Assembly: GCA_047495785.1 (NCBI GenBank)
Contig: JBLDXI010000085.1
Location: 62,001-126,000 of the forward strand
Source of the DNA: Lepidodermella squamata
Taxonomy: Eukaryota > Animalia > Gastrotricha
DNA length: 64,000 bases
Reading direction: 5' to 3'
The position numbers and the translations under genes are program-made. Shown here piece by piece: positions 24,888-37,299 of the stretch (positions within the stretch are counted from its first letter, which is position 1; every line of letters begins with the position of its first letter). The notes under the pieces are model-generated. The model was not told the origin of the DNA and did no database searches. It saw nothing but the letters and a program-made list of their open reading frames with translations.

Positions 24888-26529
24888 TCAGGAATCATAA
24901 GTAGCCTGAGTTGCAAGTCTCTGCCTTTCTGTTGGCTTTGTCCTTGAGTTCCGATTCCTTCTCTCAGCTGCAGCGTCATCTTCATCGGATGCGACCTCGT
25001 TTCCTTTTCGAGTTGTTGTTGTAGTCGCACGGCGGGTTGTCGATGTTCTTGCAATTCGAGACGTTGTGCCATCATCTTGCAGCATCAGATCTTCAACTGG
25101 CACAATGATTTCTTGTTCGGTGGTTGTACTACGGCCTTTTGACGTCGGGCTGTCGGTTTCTAGGATTAGAACTCGGCGATTCCCACTGGCGGCGGGAGTA
25201 GCAGATGATTTCGTCGTACCAGCGACGTGGCCGCCATTAGATGGCACTTTTTGGTTTCGGCCACTACTGCTCGATCGAACCGGAGCTGTTGCGAAAGTAC
25301 TAGAGATCCAATCCACTACTTGACAGACCCTGGCATATACTCCATAGTACCCAGCTAGAAAAAAAAGAAGAATTAGGACTGAAAAATTCGAAAAATTCAC
25401 ACAGAATCAATAGATTTTTTTCAGAATTTTACAGGGTTCTAGAGATTTTCCTCGAATTTTTCGAGATGAAATTGAGCTTACCTCTTCCGCATCCGTTACC
25501 ATACGAAGTGATGCCCATCAGAGTATGGTAGCCATTCGCTGCACAAGTTAGCGGACCCCCGCTATCACCCTGACAGGTATCAATCCCTCCATCCGTATAG
25601 CCAGCGCAAAATTTGACATCAGTTATCGTTTGTGGGGTCGACCTGTAAGCATTCGAGCACGCATATCTGTCCACAATAGGGATTTTAGCCTTTTGGAGGA
25701 TCCTGGTCGCTGATGAGCTATTTTCTTTAGAAACACCCCATCCAGCGACAAAGCCTGAATAAAAAATTCGAAAATTATTCATCAAATCACAAAAATTCGG
25801 TACTTACCATAGTCATCAACTTGGCTGAAATAGAAGTATAGGAAAATTAGGAAAAATTCTAGAAGAAATGCTGAAATTTTACCATTCGTCACTACAGGAA
25901 TCTGGCAAGCATACAGGCTGAACCTCCCATTCTGAGAAGCCAAGGTCGTAATCGAGTTGAATCATGCAAAAGTCGTAATTCTGAGATCTCGCGTTGTAAC
26001 GAGGGTGAATCGCGATGTAGTAGGCATACAGGCTAAATTCGCCCCGATCCAGAGATTTAAAATCATGGTCCGCAAAAGTGATCAGAACATCGCCAGGTTT
26101 CGACGCTAACTCGCAACAGTGAGCTGCCGTAAGAATCCACTGGAAAATTGAAATTTATTTGTAAAATCTCCAGAAAATTCCTGAAAATACCTGAGAAGAA
26201 ATGATTGATCCTCCGCATAAGTTGTTGTTTTTAATCATTATTTTAACCAGCCATGGAAATTCGTTTGGTAACGCATTGACTCCGCCTAAAATTCGGCCTT
26301 GCCCAGCGTTCCAGTATCTACTGTGGCCACAACCGTTAACAAAATCGCTTGAAGGTACGCCGCTTTCCGGTGAGGGTGTCCTGAGCTGGGCTGTACCCAG
26401 CTGGTTGTACTGATCCGGAGGTAAATTCGACGGTGGCTTTGTCGGGCTTTCTCTAACTGTGAAACAGCTAGTAGCTATGTGCCAATTTAAAGCAGCTATT
26501 AAAAAGGAGCTAAAACAAAATTGCAGCAT
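24888..26529 (-). CDS. Trypsin-like serine protease (S1A) with Thr/Arg-rich C-terminal tail
   Basis: Multi-exon. Signal peptide, activation site R-ILGG, WILTAAHC, YDFCMI, DTCQGDSGGP, GITSYGNGC, YGVYARVC. Confidence 0.9.
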
Positions 26530-26892
26530 TTTCTTTGACGATGAATTTTAACGTCGTCAGGATTTTGGCTGTTCACAATGGGAGGAATATGAGTCATGCG
26601 GCCGTTTATCTTCTTAGCATGTCGTGACAAGCTGATGAGCACGTTTGTGTAACGTGGCTTTGAATTGTATCACATATATGGGTAGAATTTTTGAATTTCT
26701 TACCTCCGTTCGTTGGTTAAAAAAGACGTTTTTTGGCAGCGTGGGCTTCTTTCAATGGCGGTTTCTGCTGTGATTAATAGTGCCATTTAGTTTCTTTGAT
26801 TAGGAACTTGTCTAATGGGGCTCAATTGAACAATTGAGTACTGAATCGAGATTCGAAATATAGAGAAACATCATAGACGTTTGATCGAGTTA

Positions 26893-27339
26893 CCGTATTT
26901 TACGAATTATTAGGCAGGACCCAATTATAGGGCAGAACCGGAATAAAGGGCAGAGGGTAATGGTCATTTGAAACAATAAAGGGCAGAACCGTATTAATAG
27001 GCAGGGCCTTGTATGAAGTGGCTTACATGAGCACCTGCTGGGTGAGTGGTTAGAGTTGGATAGGTTGAGATTTTTCGTCAGGGAGTGCACAAATCGCCCT
27101 TTATCCACCTTAATCCTCTTGAGCAAACACTTAACCCGTGTAGTCACAGGTAAAAGCCAGTAGCTAGAGTGGTTATTCGGCGGTTTTGACTGTTGATCTA
27201 GGTACTCTTCAGGTGACTGATTAGGTTCGAAAAAATAAAGGGCAGACCCGAAATAAAGGGCAGACCCTAAATACAGGACAGGACTTGAACCTCGTTTGAA
27301 AAAAATACAGGGCAGGGTCTTATAATTCGTAAAATACGG
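26893..27339. mobile_element. Tc2/pogo-like MITE
   Basis: TIR CCGTATTTTACGAATTAT at both ends, flanked by TA. Internal repeats of aataaagggcagac/agggcagaacc. Confidence 0.85.
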
Positions 27340-27407
27340 TAATCGAGATTCAAAATCTGATGAGGCGGCAGGTAAATGCGGCAACCAGCTGAGCAGTTTC
27401 CTATGTT

Positions 27408-27437
27408 CATAGAGATCAGATTAATCTGATCTCTATG
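27408..27437. mobile_element. 30-bp TIR-only hAT-like insertion
   Basis: Perfect palindrome CATAGAGATCAGATTAATCTGATCTCTATG flanked by the exact 8-bp direct repeat CCTATGTT. Confidence 0.75.
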
Positions 27438-28887
27438 CCTATGTTATACGGTTTCATGAAGCTGAAACGGTGGTTCCGCTCTCATTCTACATCGCTTTGA
27501 TCCCTTCTGGTTACATATTGGTGAAACTCGATCCTCGTTGCTGTAACTTGAATCCTGCTGAATCATCGCGGTCCATCCGGATTGGAAACTCGATCCGCAG
27601 CATAACCTAATTGCATAAAACTAATGCGAAAATATAGAAGCATGAGTTCTAGATTGAAACGCGCCAAGTGGTGAGTGCGTAAAGCCGGTTCATTTTTCGC
27701 CTCCTGTTCTCATTAACCAAATCACAGATAAAAATTTAGGCTGGACTATGAATGGTAAATGGTAAATTTTCATATTTTAATTTGCTTCAAGCCTAATAAA
27801 TATGCATCACTTAGCTTTCGGTTATAGACAGACTTACCTCCTATTTACAAGAAAATTAGAGCTACCGCATCTGAAACCCTGCCTTCTAATTTGCCCCCAA
27901 GGCCCAATGTTCCGCTTAGTAAGTATCCGCCATTTTCTATTTAAGTTCTGCCTTATTATTCGGATTTTAAGGTATTAGGAACGGAAGGATTAGGAGGTAT
28001 TAGGAAAATGTTGGTGTCCAACATTGTTTGCGTTACTGTGATCCATTCATGAAATTGGCATGATCTTTTTGATGTCCTATGATATGTTGCTACGGCTTAC
28101 AACCCTGGGTCTCGGATCGAGTCGTAGTCCTGTCGTAGCCATTTTGCGCGCCATGACTTGGGTTTTACTAGTTAGCGTTTTCTTGCACAATCGTGGCTCA
28201 CTTTTGCGTCCCTTTTTCGTCATTATTTGAGACGTGGCAAGTGATTCAGACTCTTTCCTATGTATTCAAGACTGTACGTAGGGAAAGCAATGAAATGTTG
28301 TTCACGATTTGGCTTAAGGAGGCCCTACACAATGGTTTTTCGATTGCGAATCTGGAGCATTATTCAACTTTTTTTTCGGACGGTCTCATTAATTAATGGC
28401 ATCATACGAATGCTGTTTGTTTAGGGTCGTCAATTTGAAAATCACAGGTTCCACTTCGTCATTTATTGATTCTACGACCTCTCCTTTCTCCTTCTGTTTT
28501 ACGAATAATGAGGTCATTGAGAGCACCTCAGTGCATTTATATAATATTGGCGGATTTTACGAACAACGGAGCCATTTGTTAGCTGCCACATGTTGCCACA
28601 TCTATCACGTTAAAATAGACAGCCACATCTAATGTTTGTTTGCTTTATTTCTTAAGCATAAACGTTTTCAATTAAGTATCAATGAGAACTGCGTACAATT
28701 TTTGCTAATGAGCTCATTGGAATATTTTATAGCCAAGAAATCACAAAAATTGCGTCAATTTTTTGTCTGCTCTGGAGTGAATGATTTTCTGCGGCGCCAC
28801 TTTGAGATCGCGTGCTCTGTTTTTTTGTCATCGCCATTCAATTCTGATTTGTAGCCAGCATTGTTTCGCGACTGAGCTTTATCTACA

Positions 28888-30167
28888 ATGACTTCTTTTT
28901 CTTGCTTTGCCACAATGAAGCCTTATAAAAAAATGAATGACAGCAGCGATGATATGCCGTTGGATTTTTCTAAGAAATCTGTCGCTTCGAAGCCTGTCAT
29001 CCTTTCGATTAAATCAACAGCCCCGCCATTGAATCCTGTACCAGCTTTACCTCGTCTACCCCCGAATTTCGCCCCGAACCAGGTTCCTGCGTTCTACTTC
29101 CAGCCAAACTTCCGGCCTAACTTCACCCATAATTTGCAAAATGTCAGGATTATTGGGCCATACAGCGGCAATAATTATCCGATAATCGAAAATCAACCCC
29201 GTATTATTGAGACAATCCCACCAGAGGCTTTGGTAGCCAAGGTAATAATATTTTATTTTAAATTTTGAACATTTATTTATAATTCAATGTGAATAGGCTC
29301 CGGTGGAGAATGTTTATCCTGATGCAGGAGGAATGGTGAAAAAATCAGTACAATTTTTAATTTCGTATAACATTTCCTATTCTAGAGGAAAGGTTAGGGA
29401 TATTGGTAGATAGAGCAACGCAAGGGTTAGAAATTAGGATTAGAATTATAGTATGGTAGGTTAGGGTTAGGGTTAGGGTTCGTGGTGAGCTGGAGTTGTG
29501 GTTCGGTTTAGATTCAAATTGCATGATGACTAAAAATTAGGAAACTCTATTCAAGTTGGCTAGAATCCTTTTAGAAGGTTCATTGTGCGCCTCGAACCTG
29601 ATTTACTAATTTCACTCATCTTTTCAGAAATTCGGCTTTGTATGTGAGTACTGTCCCAACCCAAGGGCTTACTCCTCGCAAGGCGGCCTGCGAAATCACG
29701 TGACCAAGTTCCACAGCGATCAAATGCCTTATGCCTGCTCGATATGTTCTAGGCGATATGAAACGCCCCAAACACTGAGACGGCACACTCTACGGCATGA
29801 AGTCTCCGCCCTTAATAACGGCAATAATTTCGGTCAAGGTCCAACAGCTGAGCCGATCGACAGCCCGTTGCCGTTGTATTCTACTAGCGAATACCCGTCT
29901 CAGTTTGTGTTCCCAGATCGAGCTGCGTCCTCGGCATCTTTCGACCGTGAAGCTTCAGCCACGCCGTATCGACAACTGGAAACGCCCGTTGAATCAGCTC
30001 AAGATCAGGCAAATGTCGCTTGTTCAATGTGTGGAACGAGTTTTGATACCGAAGATATGTTGCGACTTCACGTTATCACCTTTCACGCTGTTTTGGAGGC
30101 CGGTGATGACTACGACGTCTACTCGGAGGCGAATAACGAAATGGCTAATTTGATTGATAAAGTTTGA
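28888..30167 (+). CDS. C2H2 zinc-finger protein A (3 fingers) with PLDFS motif
   Basis: Exons ~28888-29241, 29297-29335, 29628-30167. Fingers CEYC..H....H, CSIC..H...H, CSMC..H....H. The start ATG is uncertain. Confidence 0.8.
29391..29480 (+). repeat. Interstitial telomere-like (TTAGGG)3 with degenerate copies, intronic
   Basis: ttagggttagggttagggtt at 29461-29480, with degenerate ggttaggg/gggttag upstream. Confidence 0.6.
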
Positions 30168-32145
30168 TTTGATTCATTTTCGTCTAGAGTAGATAACAAT
30201 TTGCGTTTGATAATTCAAGTCATTGTATGTTCCATTGTAATGTGAGAAAATTGGTTAATAAACGAATTGGTGATTTGCATCGTTAATTCAATTTTTGACC
30301 TTTTTTGAAGCGGGAGAGGAATAATTGATTAATTCGAGGCACGCGTAAACAATTAATTAAGGAAAAGCCTGGAAATAGACAGAGCTAATTTCATTTTCGT
30401 AGCATTATTCGAAATCAGTCTTTTTTGAGATGAATTCTCATTCCATGTCCTTTAAAAAATTCGGCCCTAGGTCAACAGGGAAATGTTAGATTTTGCCTAC
30501 ATTTTATTTGGATTTTTGAATATCCTAACGTCTTAGCAGCCTAGGTCATATTCTCTATGGCTGCAGCCTGTTGTTTTCGATGTTACAAAAATCAGACGAT
30601 TTAATTTTTTTACGTCGTAGTAGCACGTGCGAATGATTATTCCAGACAATTTATCGCCGATTTTTTAATAGTTTTATTTCAGCCGTGTTCTTATTGTTGT
30701 TTTACTTTTAATTAGATAACCTTAGTCCTTATTTGTCGACGAGGGTTTATCTAGCCTTTAGAAATTTGTTTAAGTAATCGCGAAATGGGGTAAAAATGGA
30801 CCTCGAAAGCTCAAAAATAGCCAATAACAAGCTCGAAATTTGGGGGTGGGTAGCCACATTTTTAGGGTGGGTTGGGGGTGACTAGATAAACTCTTGTTTT
30901 TCGATGTGTTATGGCCAGCTGATTCGTCACCTGCTCGGTACGAGTACGACAAATGAGATGCTTTACTTTTCATCCTTCCGAGCATTGTATTTCTAAAATG
31001 TCTGAACTCCAACGTAATTGTAGTTTACATAATTTTGTAGTCAGATTTGACACCAAATTGCTAGTTTTAGGAAATTGAGTAGGAATATTCGACAATAACC
31101 TGATTAAAGCTGAATCTGTCGTTAACCTTTTTAACTTATTGAAATAAATAAACGCTTAACTTTTCATTGCGGTCAAATTTGAACTTCTTGATATCGCTCC
31201 TTTTGCCCTATAAGGGAACTTTTCTGGTTTTACCCACCCATTTTCAGTTGAGAACGCCTCCTAGCATATTGCATTATCGCGGCGCGGCTCAGTACTGTTA
31301 TTATAAGAATGCGCGGCTCGATGCCTTATACTCTGCAGAATAAATTTATTACATAAAGCCTTTATTGCAGTAGTATGGCTGTTTCGCAGAGAATATTTTA
31401 TTATAGGGCAAAAGGAGCTAGCTTGTGGGGTCATGCTGGAAAGGTGGGAGTTAGCAGTCATTGCCCCGCTTCCGAGGTCAGAGAAGGACTGGTCGAAACC
31501 GTAAGGTTACTGATCGCGGCCTTCATTCATTCTTAGAACGGTCCTTTTGTTTTACAGAGAATGAGGTCATTGAGGTCATCGAGGCCAGTGCATTTACGAC
31601 ATTTATTTGCGTCGTTTGCGAGCAAAGGCGACAGCTGTTAGTTGCACATGTTGCGGTCACCATCTGTGTTTTTCCACATCTGTTCAGCACACGTTTCCAA
31701 TGTTATGATAAAGCGATAGGGTTTAAGAGAACGTGTTGACAACCTGAACATCACTCATTCGATGTTTTCGATATTTTTTCTCTGATATTTCTCGGGTGGC
31801 CCATCGAATGCCTGTCCCTGGTGCCTTCAAAGTCCTCCGATTCGAACCTGCGCCACGTGTTCTCCGCCGTCGGTCCGACCTGCGGTGGCTTGCCGGTTGT
31901 CTATGTCCGCATTCTACCGCCGCCCGTCAACAATGGAACCCGATAAAATCCCGCGTGGCAAACCAAATCGAACCAACTTCTTTCAAAATGTCCGTCTACC
32001 GTCTCCTCGAAGCGCGGCGCTTTTCTCTTCGTTCAGCGCAACCCATGTGGACTCTTTTTTCATGCTTAGCTTCTTCCTATCGTGCTCTCCTATCGTCAGT
32101 ACTTTGAAGTCTCTTTTCTTTCCACTCTAGCGTCGATTAAATAGA

Positions 32146-32652
32146 ATGGAAGCAAGTTACTCGGCACCCTTGGATCTATCGAGAAAAAGACGCCCCAAGG
32201 CAACCATCATTTCGATCAGAACGATTGCTCCATGGGCTCTGCCAAGATCAGTCGCAGCAAACTCGGAAGGACCTCGAGCTTTTCAACCAAATTTGATATT
32301 TCGAAACCCAACTCCCAGTCACGAAGTTGTTCCGCCATTCTCTGTAAAATTTGTTTCTCTCAACTTTGAATCATTGCCAACTCGCCTGTCATTTTTCTAG
32401 TTCAATCCTCGATATAGAGAATTCGTTTGTGAATTCTGCGGCCCCAAACGAACGGCATTCATTTCACTCGGCTTCCTGTTGACTCACCTGAGAAAGTGCC
32501 ACCCCGAAAAGTTCGCAATCACGTGCCACAAATGCTCGCAGCTGTTCGACAACGCGTCTCAGCTCAACAAACACGCTTGTGGGCACAAAAAGTCGAACTT
32601 CGAAGACGAATATAAGCAGAGGACAACAACAACGAAAACAAACACTAAATAA
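32146..32652 (+). CDS. C2H2 zinc-finger protein B (2 fingers) with PLDLS motif
   Basis: Exons 32146-32352 and 32401-32652. Motifs APLDLSRK, CEFC..H....H, CHKCSQLFDNASQLNKHACGH. Confidence 0.75.
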
Positions 32653-33837
32653 TCAGCAATACTGACGAAAATTTAGCTTTATGCTTCATTAAGAATAACT
32701 CCTCCGGAAATTAATAGATCTAAATGAATTATTTATTAACTTGAATAAAGAAATTACGGGTCGATTTTAAAAAATTAACGGGATTTTGTGTCGCTGGTCA
32801 AGTCTCAACCTGAACTTGGGGCAGAAGCTCTGGCAGAAGCTCTTGGGGTAGGGTCAGGGAGCGATCTTGAATCCTGGAGCTGCCAGAGACGGAAAAAACA
32901 TGTTTGTTGTATTTGCCACTTGCCAAAATGACTAGTGATATCAACCAGAAACCGAGTGATGCTAGGAAACTTTGAAGATTTTCCAACTTTAAATTAAAAA
33001 AATTCGAAAATATCACACTTCACCGCACAGGTGCCGGCCAAGGTGTTGGACCGAGCATGACAAGCAACCCGATACCTGTATCAAGCCCCGGCCCCCGGCC
33101 TAAACCCGGCGGCCTGTGAGCAGAGGTGCAAAAGAAGATTAGATTGAAAATCACGGCAATAGAGAATTTTAAACCAAAAATGCCTTAATCTGACCATCTG
33201 CACAAGTTCTTGATTGTGTAAGCCAGTGAACTACCTCTAATTCTTTTCTCAACGGTTTAAATAAGGATTGTTTTCTTGTGACTGCCACTGAGCGTTTTTC
33301 CAGGGGCGAAAAATCGAAAGCCAGGCGCTTGAAAATTCAAGTCATTGCGCATATTTCGCACTGTAATGTGGGAATAAGTTAATATAAGTGTTGATTTAAT
33401 ATCGCCATTTTAACATTATTTGACCTATTTCACGAAGCGTGAGAGGAGTAATTAATTACATCGAGGCACGTGTCGAAAAATTAATTAACAAAAAAGCCTG
33501 GAAGGCGAAAGAACCCAACTTAATTTCGTATCATTAATGGCCTTGGGTCAACAGTGAATTTTTCAACCATTTTATAATTCATACACGTCTTTTGGCCACT
33601 AGTGTTATTTTCTCTAGTGTTGTCACGTGACAGCCTTGTTGTTGTCCGTTTTGGAAAAATCAGACGATTGTATTTGTACGTCGTAGTAGCACGTGTGAGT
33701 GATTTTTGTTTTTTTGCAAACAATTTATCGCTGCGTCTGTCAATTATTTATTTATTTACTGGACACGATCATGTTGTTGTTATTGCTATCATACTTTTAA
33801 TTAAATAGCTTTGGCGTGTTATATGAATGCGCCAACC

Positions 33838-33961
33838 GCCAGCTGATTCATCTCTATTCCGGGCATGATCGCACTATTACCAATTTACACCCGACGGATG
33901 AGTCGCCTGGAACTAATATTTACTTTCCTTAGTCACTAGCCTACATGATGAATCAGCTGGC
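33838..33961. mobile_element. Small inverted-repeat element (MITE-like)
   Basis: gccagctgattcatc ... gatgaatcagctggc; a related end occurs near 30913. Confidence 0.45.
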
Positions 33962-34682
33962 TATAGGGCTATAGGGCCCCAAGTCTCATGTTTTGTTTTC
34001 TATAGATCAACCATAGATATTCATAATATCCATCGCCAATTGTGAATTGTAAGGCTGGATTCTTCCTATTCCATGATCCTATTCCAATGAGTTTCTCGAA
34101 ATTGGGTGAAAAATAAGAAAATTCTTATTTTCAATCCCAGCGTGAAATCTGCCTAATAATAGCATAATATAAATTTAGCAGCTGAAAAAATTTATAATAT
34201 TTCATTTTTAGTATTTTTTTCATTTAAAATCTATTTTGGCTTTGTATTTTTAGCGTGAATTTTGACCTCGGTGTCTCGCCAAGTTTTTGGGTGCTAAAAT
34301 CACGCGACAACTGTTTATTGACCGCTGCGCCAACAAGCAAAATATTAGGTGATGCCACGTAGCAATCGCGTGCCCACTCGGTCTATTATTATCGCGTCCT
34401 GCATTTTTTTCATGCAGTGCATGAATGTTTCGATAAACTATCACACACTGAACCTTATATATTTTAATGCGCATTTATCGATTTGATATCAGTTCGATTT
34501 ATTCTTTATGTGTGACCTCTTTAATTTTTTCTAATTTTCTCTTAATAAGCATTTTCCATTAGAATTTAGATACTCACAAGTATCTCGTTTTTCGTGGTTT
34601 GCTTCTTCGTTTTCCCAATCGTTATTTCTAATATGAAGTGTTTGTCTTTTCTCCCATTCCAGCGTTAATTGAATTATTAAAA

Positions 34683-35337
34683 ATGGATATCAGTCATTCG
34701 TCGCCGTTGGATTTAAGGCGAAAGAGTTCTACAAAGGCAACTATAATTTCAATCACTACAATAGCTCCATGGGCTCTCCCTGTAAAAATCCCAGCCTCAG
34801 AACGCCTTTCAGCTTTCAAACCAATTTCAAGATTTCAAGCCCCATTACAATCGTCGACTTCCAGTTACGACAATTCCCCGTCGATGCCGGTATACAATTT
34901 GGTTTCCTTTACTTTAAATCGTGCCTAACTGTTCATTTTTCTAGGCCAATCCTTTTTCTCCCTCTTGCAATGCAAATTTGAAAATGGCGAATAATTTCCG
35001 TACTGAAAGTAGTGAAGAGCTTGGAAAATTAGGATTCTTTTGCGAGTATTGTCCCAATCAAAAGGTATATACAACGAGCAGCGGGTTCCGCCATCACGTC
35101 AGAACGCGCCATGTTGAGAAATTCACCGTCACGTGCTTCAAGTGTTCGAAACGGTTCGACAACGCGTCACAGCTCAATAAACACGCTTTTGAACACAAAT
35201 CCCGAACTTCAAACTCGAACAAGCAGAGGACAACGGCGTCTCAAGCTTCGCCTGAAGGTTTTCTTAACTCTGAGATTTCTTCCCCAGGTCAAGTTTCGGT
35301 CATCCCATCCTTCCACGGATACATTAAGGTGGATTAG
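34683..35337 (+). CDS. C2H2 zinc-finger protein C (2 fingers) with PLDLR motif
   Basis: Exons 34683-34901 and 34945-35337. Motifs SPLDLRRK, CEYCPN..HHVRTRH, CFKCSKRFDNASQLNKHAFEH. Confidence 0.8.
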
Positions 35338-35609
35338 AACAAATGGATTTATGATTTAATGGTACAATGTTGTTGAAAAGAACTTATATTTACAGGTCGA
35401 TGGAATAAAAAAATGGCTTATTGAATAACTTTTTCCGTGTTTCATTGGCTTGAAAATAGGGCAAATTTCATCATTAGAAAATTAAAATAATAAATTATAA
35501 ACACAGTATCAATGAATAATTAAATTTTATCTAATAACGTTTTCGGTCTAATTTCCTGGTCCATTATCGCCAATGATACCGGAGCCGCAGGATTTTGACC
35601 CGTTTCCCT

Positions 35610-35705
35610 CGAGATAATTAGATAAAACTAACTGGCATTCTTATCTCAGCTATTACGGCTCACTATCTCTTCCGAGGCCCTTCCGGTTCAAGATAAGGGA
35701 TAAAT
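35610..35705 (+). promoter_or_regulatory. GATA-site cluster upstream of the carboxypeptidase
   Basis: Six GATA cores in ~95 bp: gagataa, agataaa, cttatct, ctatct, agataag, ggataaa. Confidence 0.5.
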
Positions 35706-35761
35706 GCAGCTCTCAACAATAACGCCATAACGCCAGTCCAGTCTTCTCAGTTCACGGAATA

Positions 35762-37207
35762 ATGAAGTCTTTCGTCGCTCTAGCTCTTTTTGCCCTAGTT
35801 GCCTGTAATGTGGACGCCCTTCACCGCAGGAAGGCTGAGCCACGTCTCACCCCTCAGGGCGCGGAGAAAGCTCGCGTTAAGGACGACCCAGGCCAGACCC
35901 TCTTCCTAACCCCCTACATCAAAAGCGGCCAGCTTGCCCAGGCTAGAGCATTGTCTGTTGTTGAGCCGCTTATCCCCAACTACTCTGGAAATGCCGGCTA
36001 CATCACTGTCGATGACGCCACTGGATCGAACATGTTCTTCTGGATGGTGCGAACCCCGAAGAATAACGGAAGCGCCCCGCTTCTTCTGTGGCTCCAAGGT
36101 GGACCAGGCGCCTCGTCCATGTTCGGTCTTTTCGTTGAAAACGGCCCGTTCAAAGTCGACGCGAATATGAACGTCTCGCCGCGAGATATCCACTGGACAA
36201 AGGACTACAACATGATTTTCATCGACAACCCAGTCGGCACTGGGTTCTCGTTCACGCAAAGCGAAGCTGGTTACCGGGTCGATGAGGACGGAGTCGCTGA
36301 TCATTTATACAAGTTCTTCCAGCAATTCTACACGCTGTACACCGATCTTCAAAGCCAACCTTTCTACGTATCCGGCGAGTCATACGCTGGCAAATACGTC
36401 CCGGCTTTGGCTGCGAAGTTGGCGCAAATGGAGCAGATCAACAAGGTCCTAGGCCGAGCTTCACCCATCCCGAAATTGGCGGGTGTTTTGGTTGGAAACG
36501 GGCTGTCGGACCCTCAGACCATGCTTGCCCCTAATGCTGATCATTTGTATAGCCTTGGTCTTTTGGACGAGGAGCAGCGCGAATATTTCCAACAGCAAAC
36601 CGATCTAGCTGTTGATTATATGAAGAATCAAAACTACGCCGCTGCGTTCCAGATTTTCGACTATTTGATCAACGCCGATTTCTACCCGTACCCGTCGTAC
36701 TTCGCCAATGCCTCGGGCTGTACGGATTACTTCAACTTCCTGCTGTGTAGACAAGCCCCGCCAGAGTTCAACTACTACGTCCCGTTTTTGCAGCTCAACT
36801 CAACTCGAAAGGCTATCCATGTCGGCAATCAACCCTATGCGGATCAATCCTCGGTTGTTGAGAAGCATTTGATCAATGGCGATATCATGAATTCAGTCCG
36901 AGATCGGGTTGAGTACCTTCTGACCCAGACCAGTATTCCTATCCTGTACTATTCGGGTAATTTGGACCTGATTGTCCCAACAATGGGTACTGACAACTTT
37001 TTGCGGTCGTTAAACTGGCCGTTTTCTGAGAATTGGCTTCATGCGAATCGAACAATCTGGGCCGATTCTGATAATGAGGCGTTTGCTTACTCGACCACTG
37101 TTCAAACGCTGTCGTTCGCCATCATTCGCAATGCTGGCCACATGGTGCCGTACGACCAGCCGGAGAGTGCTTACCTCATGGTTCGCAAATTCATCAGCGG
37201 AATTTGA
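35762..37207 (+). CDS. CPVL: Serine carboxypeptidase S10, CPVL/vitellogenic-like, intronless
   Basis: Signal peptide, LFLTPYI, WLQGGPGASS, IDNPVGTGFS, catalytic GESYAG / LDLI / GHMVP. Confidence 0.92.
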   Translation: MKSFVALALFALVACNVDALHRRKAEPRLTPQGAEKARVKDDPGQTLFLTPYIKSGQLAQARALSVVEPLIPNYSGNAGYITVDDATGSNMFFWMVRTPKNNGSAPLLLWLQGGPGASSMFGLFVENGPFKVDANMNVSPRDIHWTKDYNMIFIDNPVGTGFSFTQSEAGYRVDEDGVADHLYKFFQQFYTLYTDLQSQPFYVSGESYAGKYVPALAAKLAQMEQINKVLGRASPIPKLAGVLVGNGLSDPQTMLAPNADHLYSLGLLDEEQREYFQQQTDLAVDYMKNQNYAAAFQIFDYLINADFYPYPSYFANASGCTDYFNFLLCRQAPPEFNYYVPFLQLNSTRKAIHVGNQPYADQSSVVEKHLINGDIMNSVRDRVEYLLTQTSIPILYYSGNLDLIVPTMGTDNFLRSLNWPFSENWLHANRTIWADSDNEAFAYSTTVQTLSFAIIRNAGHMVPYDQPESAYLMVRKFISGI

Positions 37208-37299
37208 AAATAGAGGAAGAACACAAGGACATTTATCGTGTTTGATTTTATTGGAAATTAATGTGCTGAAATAAATTGAATAATTTGAATGCGACTTAA

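Noticed and set aside
26920-27320. Spaced agggcaga repeats resembling a CRISPR array
   Set aside because: Irregular subterminal repeats inside a TA-flanked MITE in a eukaryotic genome; no cas genes.
32790-33200. GC-richer patches that could be small minus-strand exons
   Set aside because: No consistent spliced open frame or recognisable domain.
35906-36304. Antisense and alternate-frame ORFs overlapping real exons, here and throughout
   Set aside because: Shadow ORFs of GC-richer coding DNA with no motifs.
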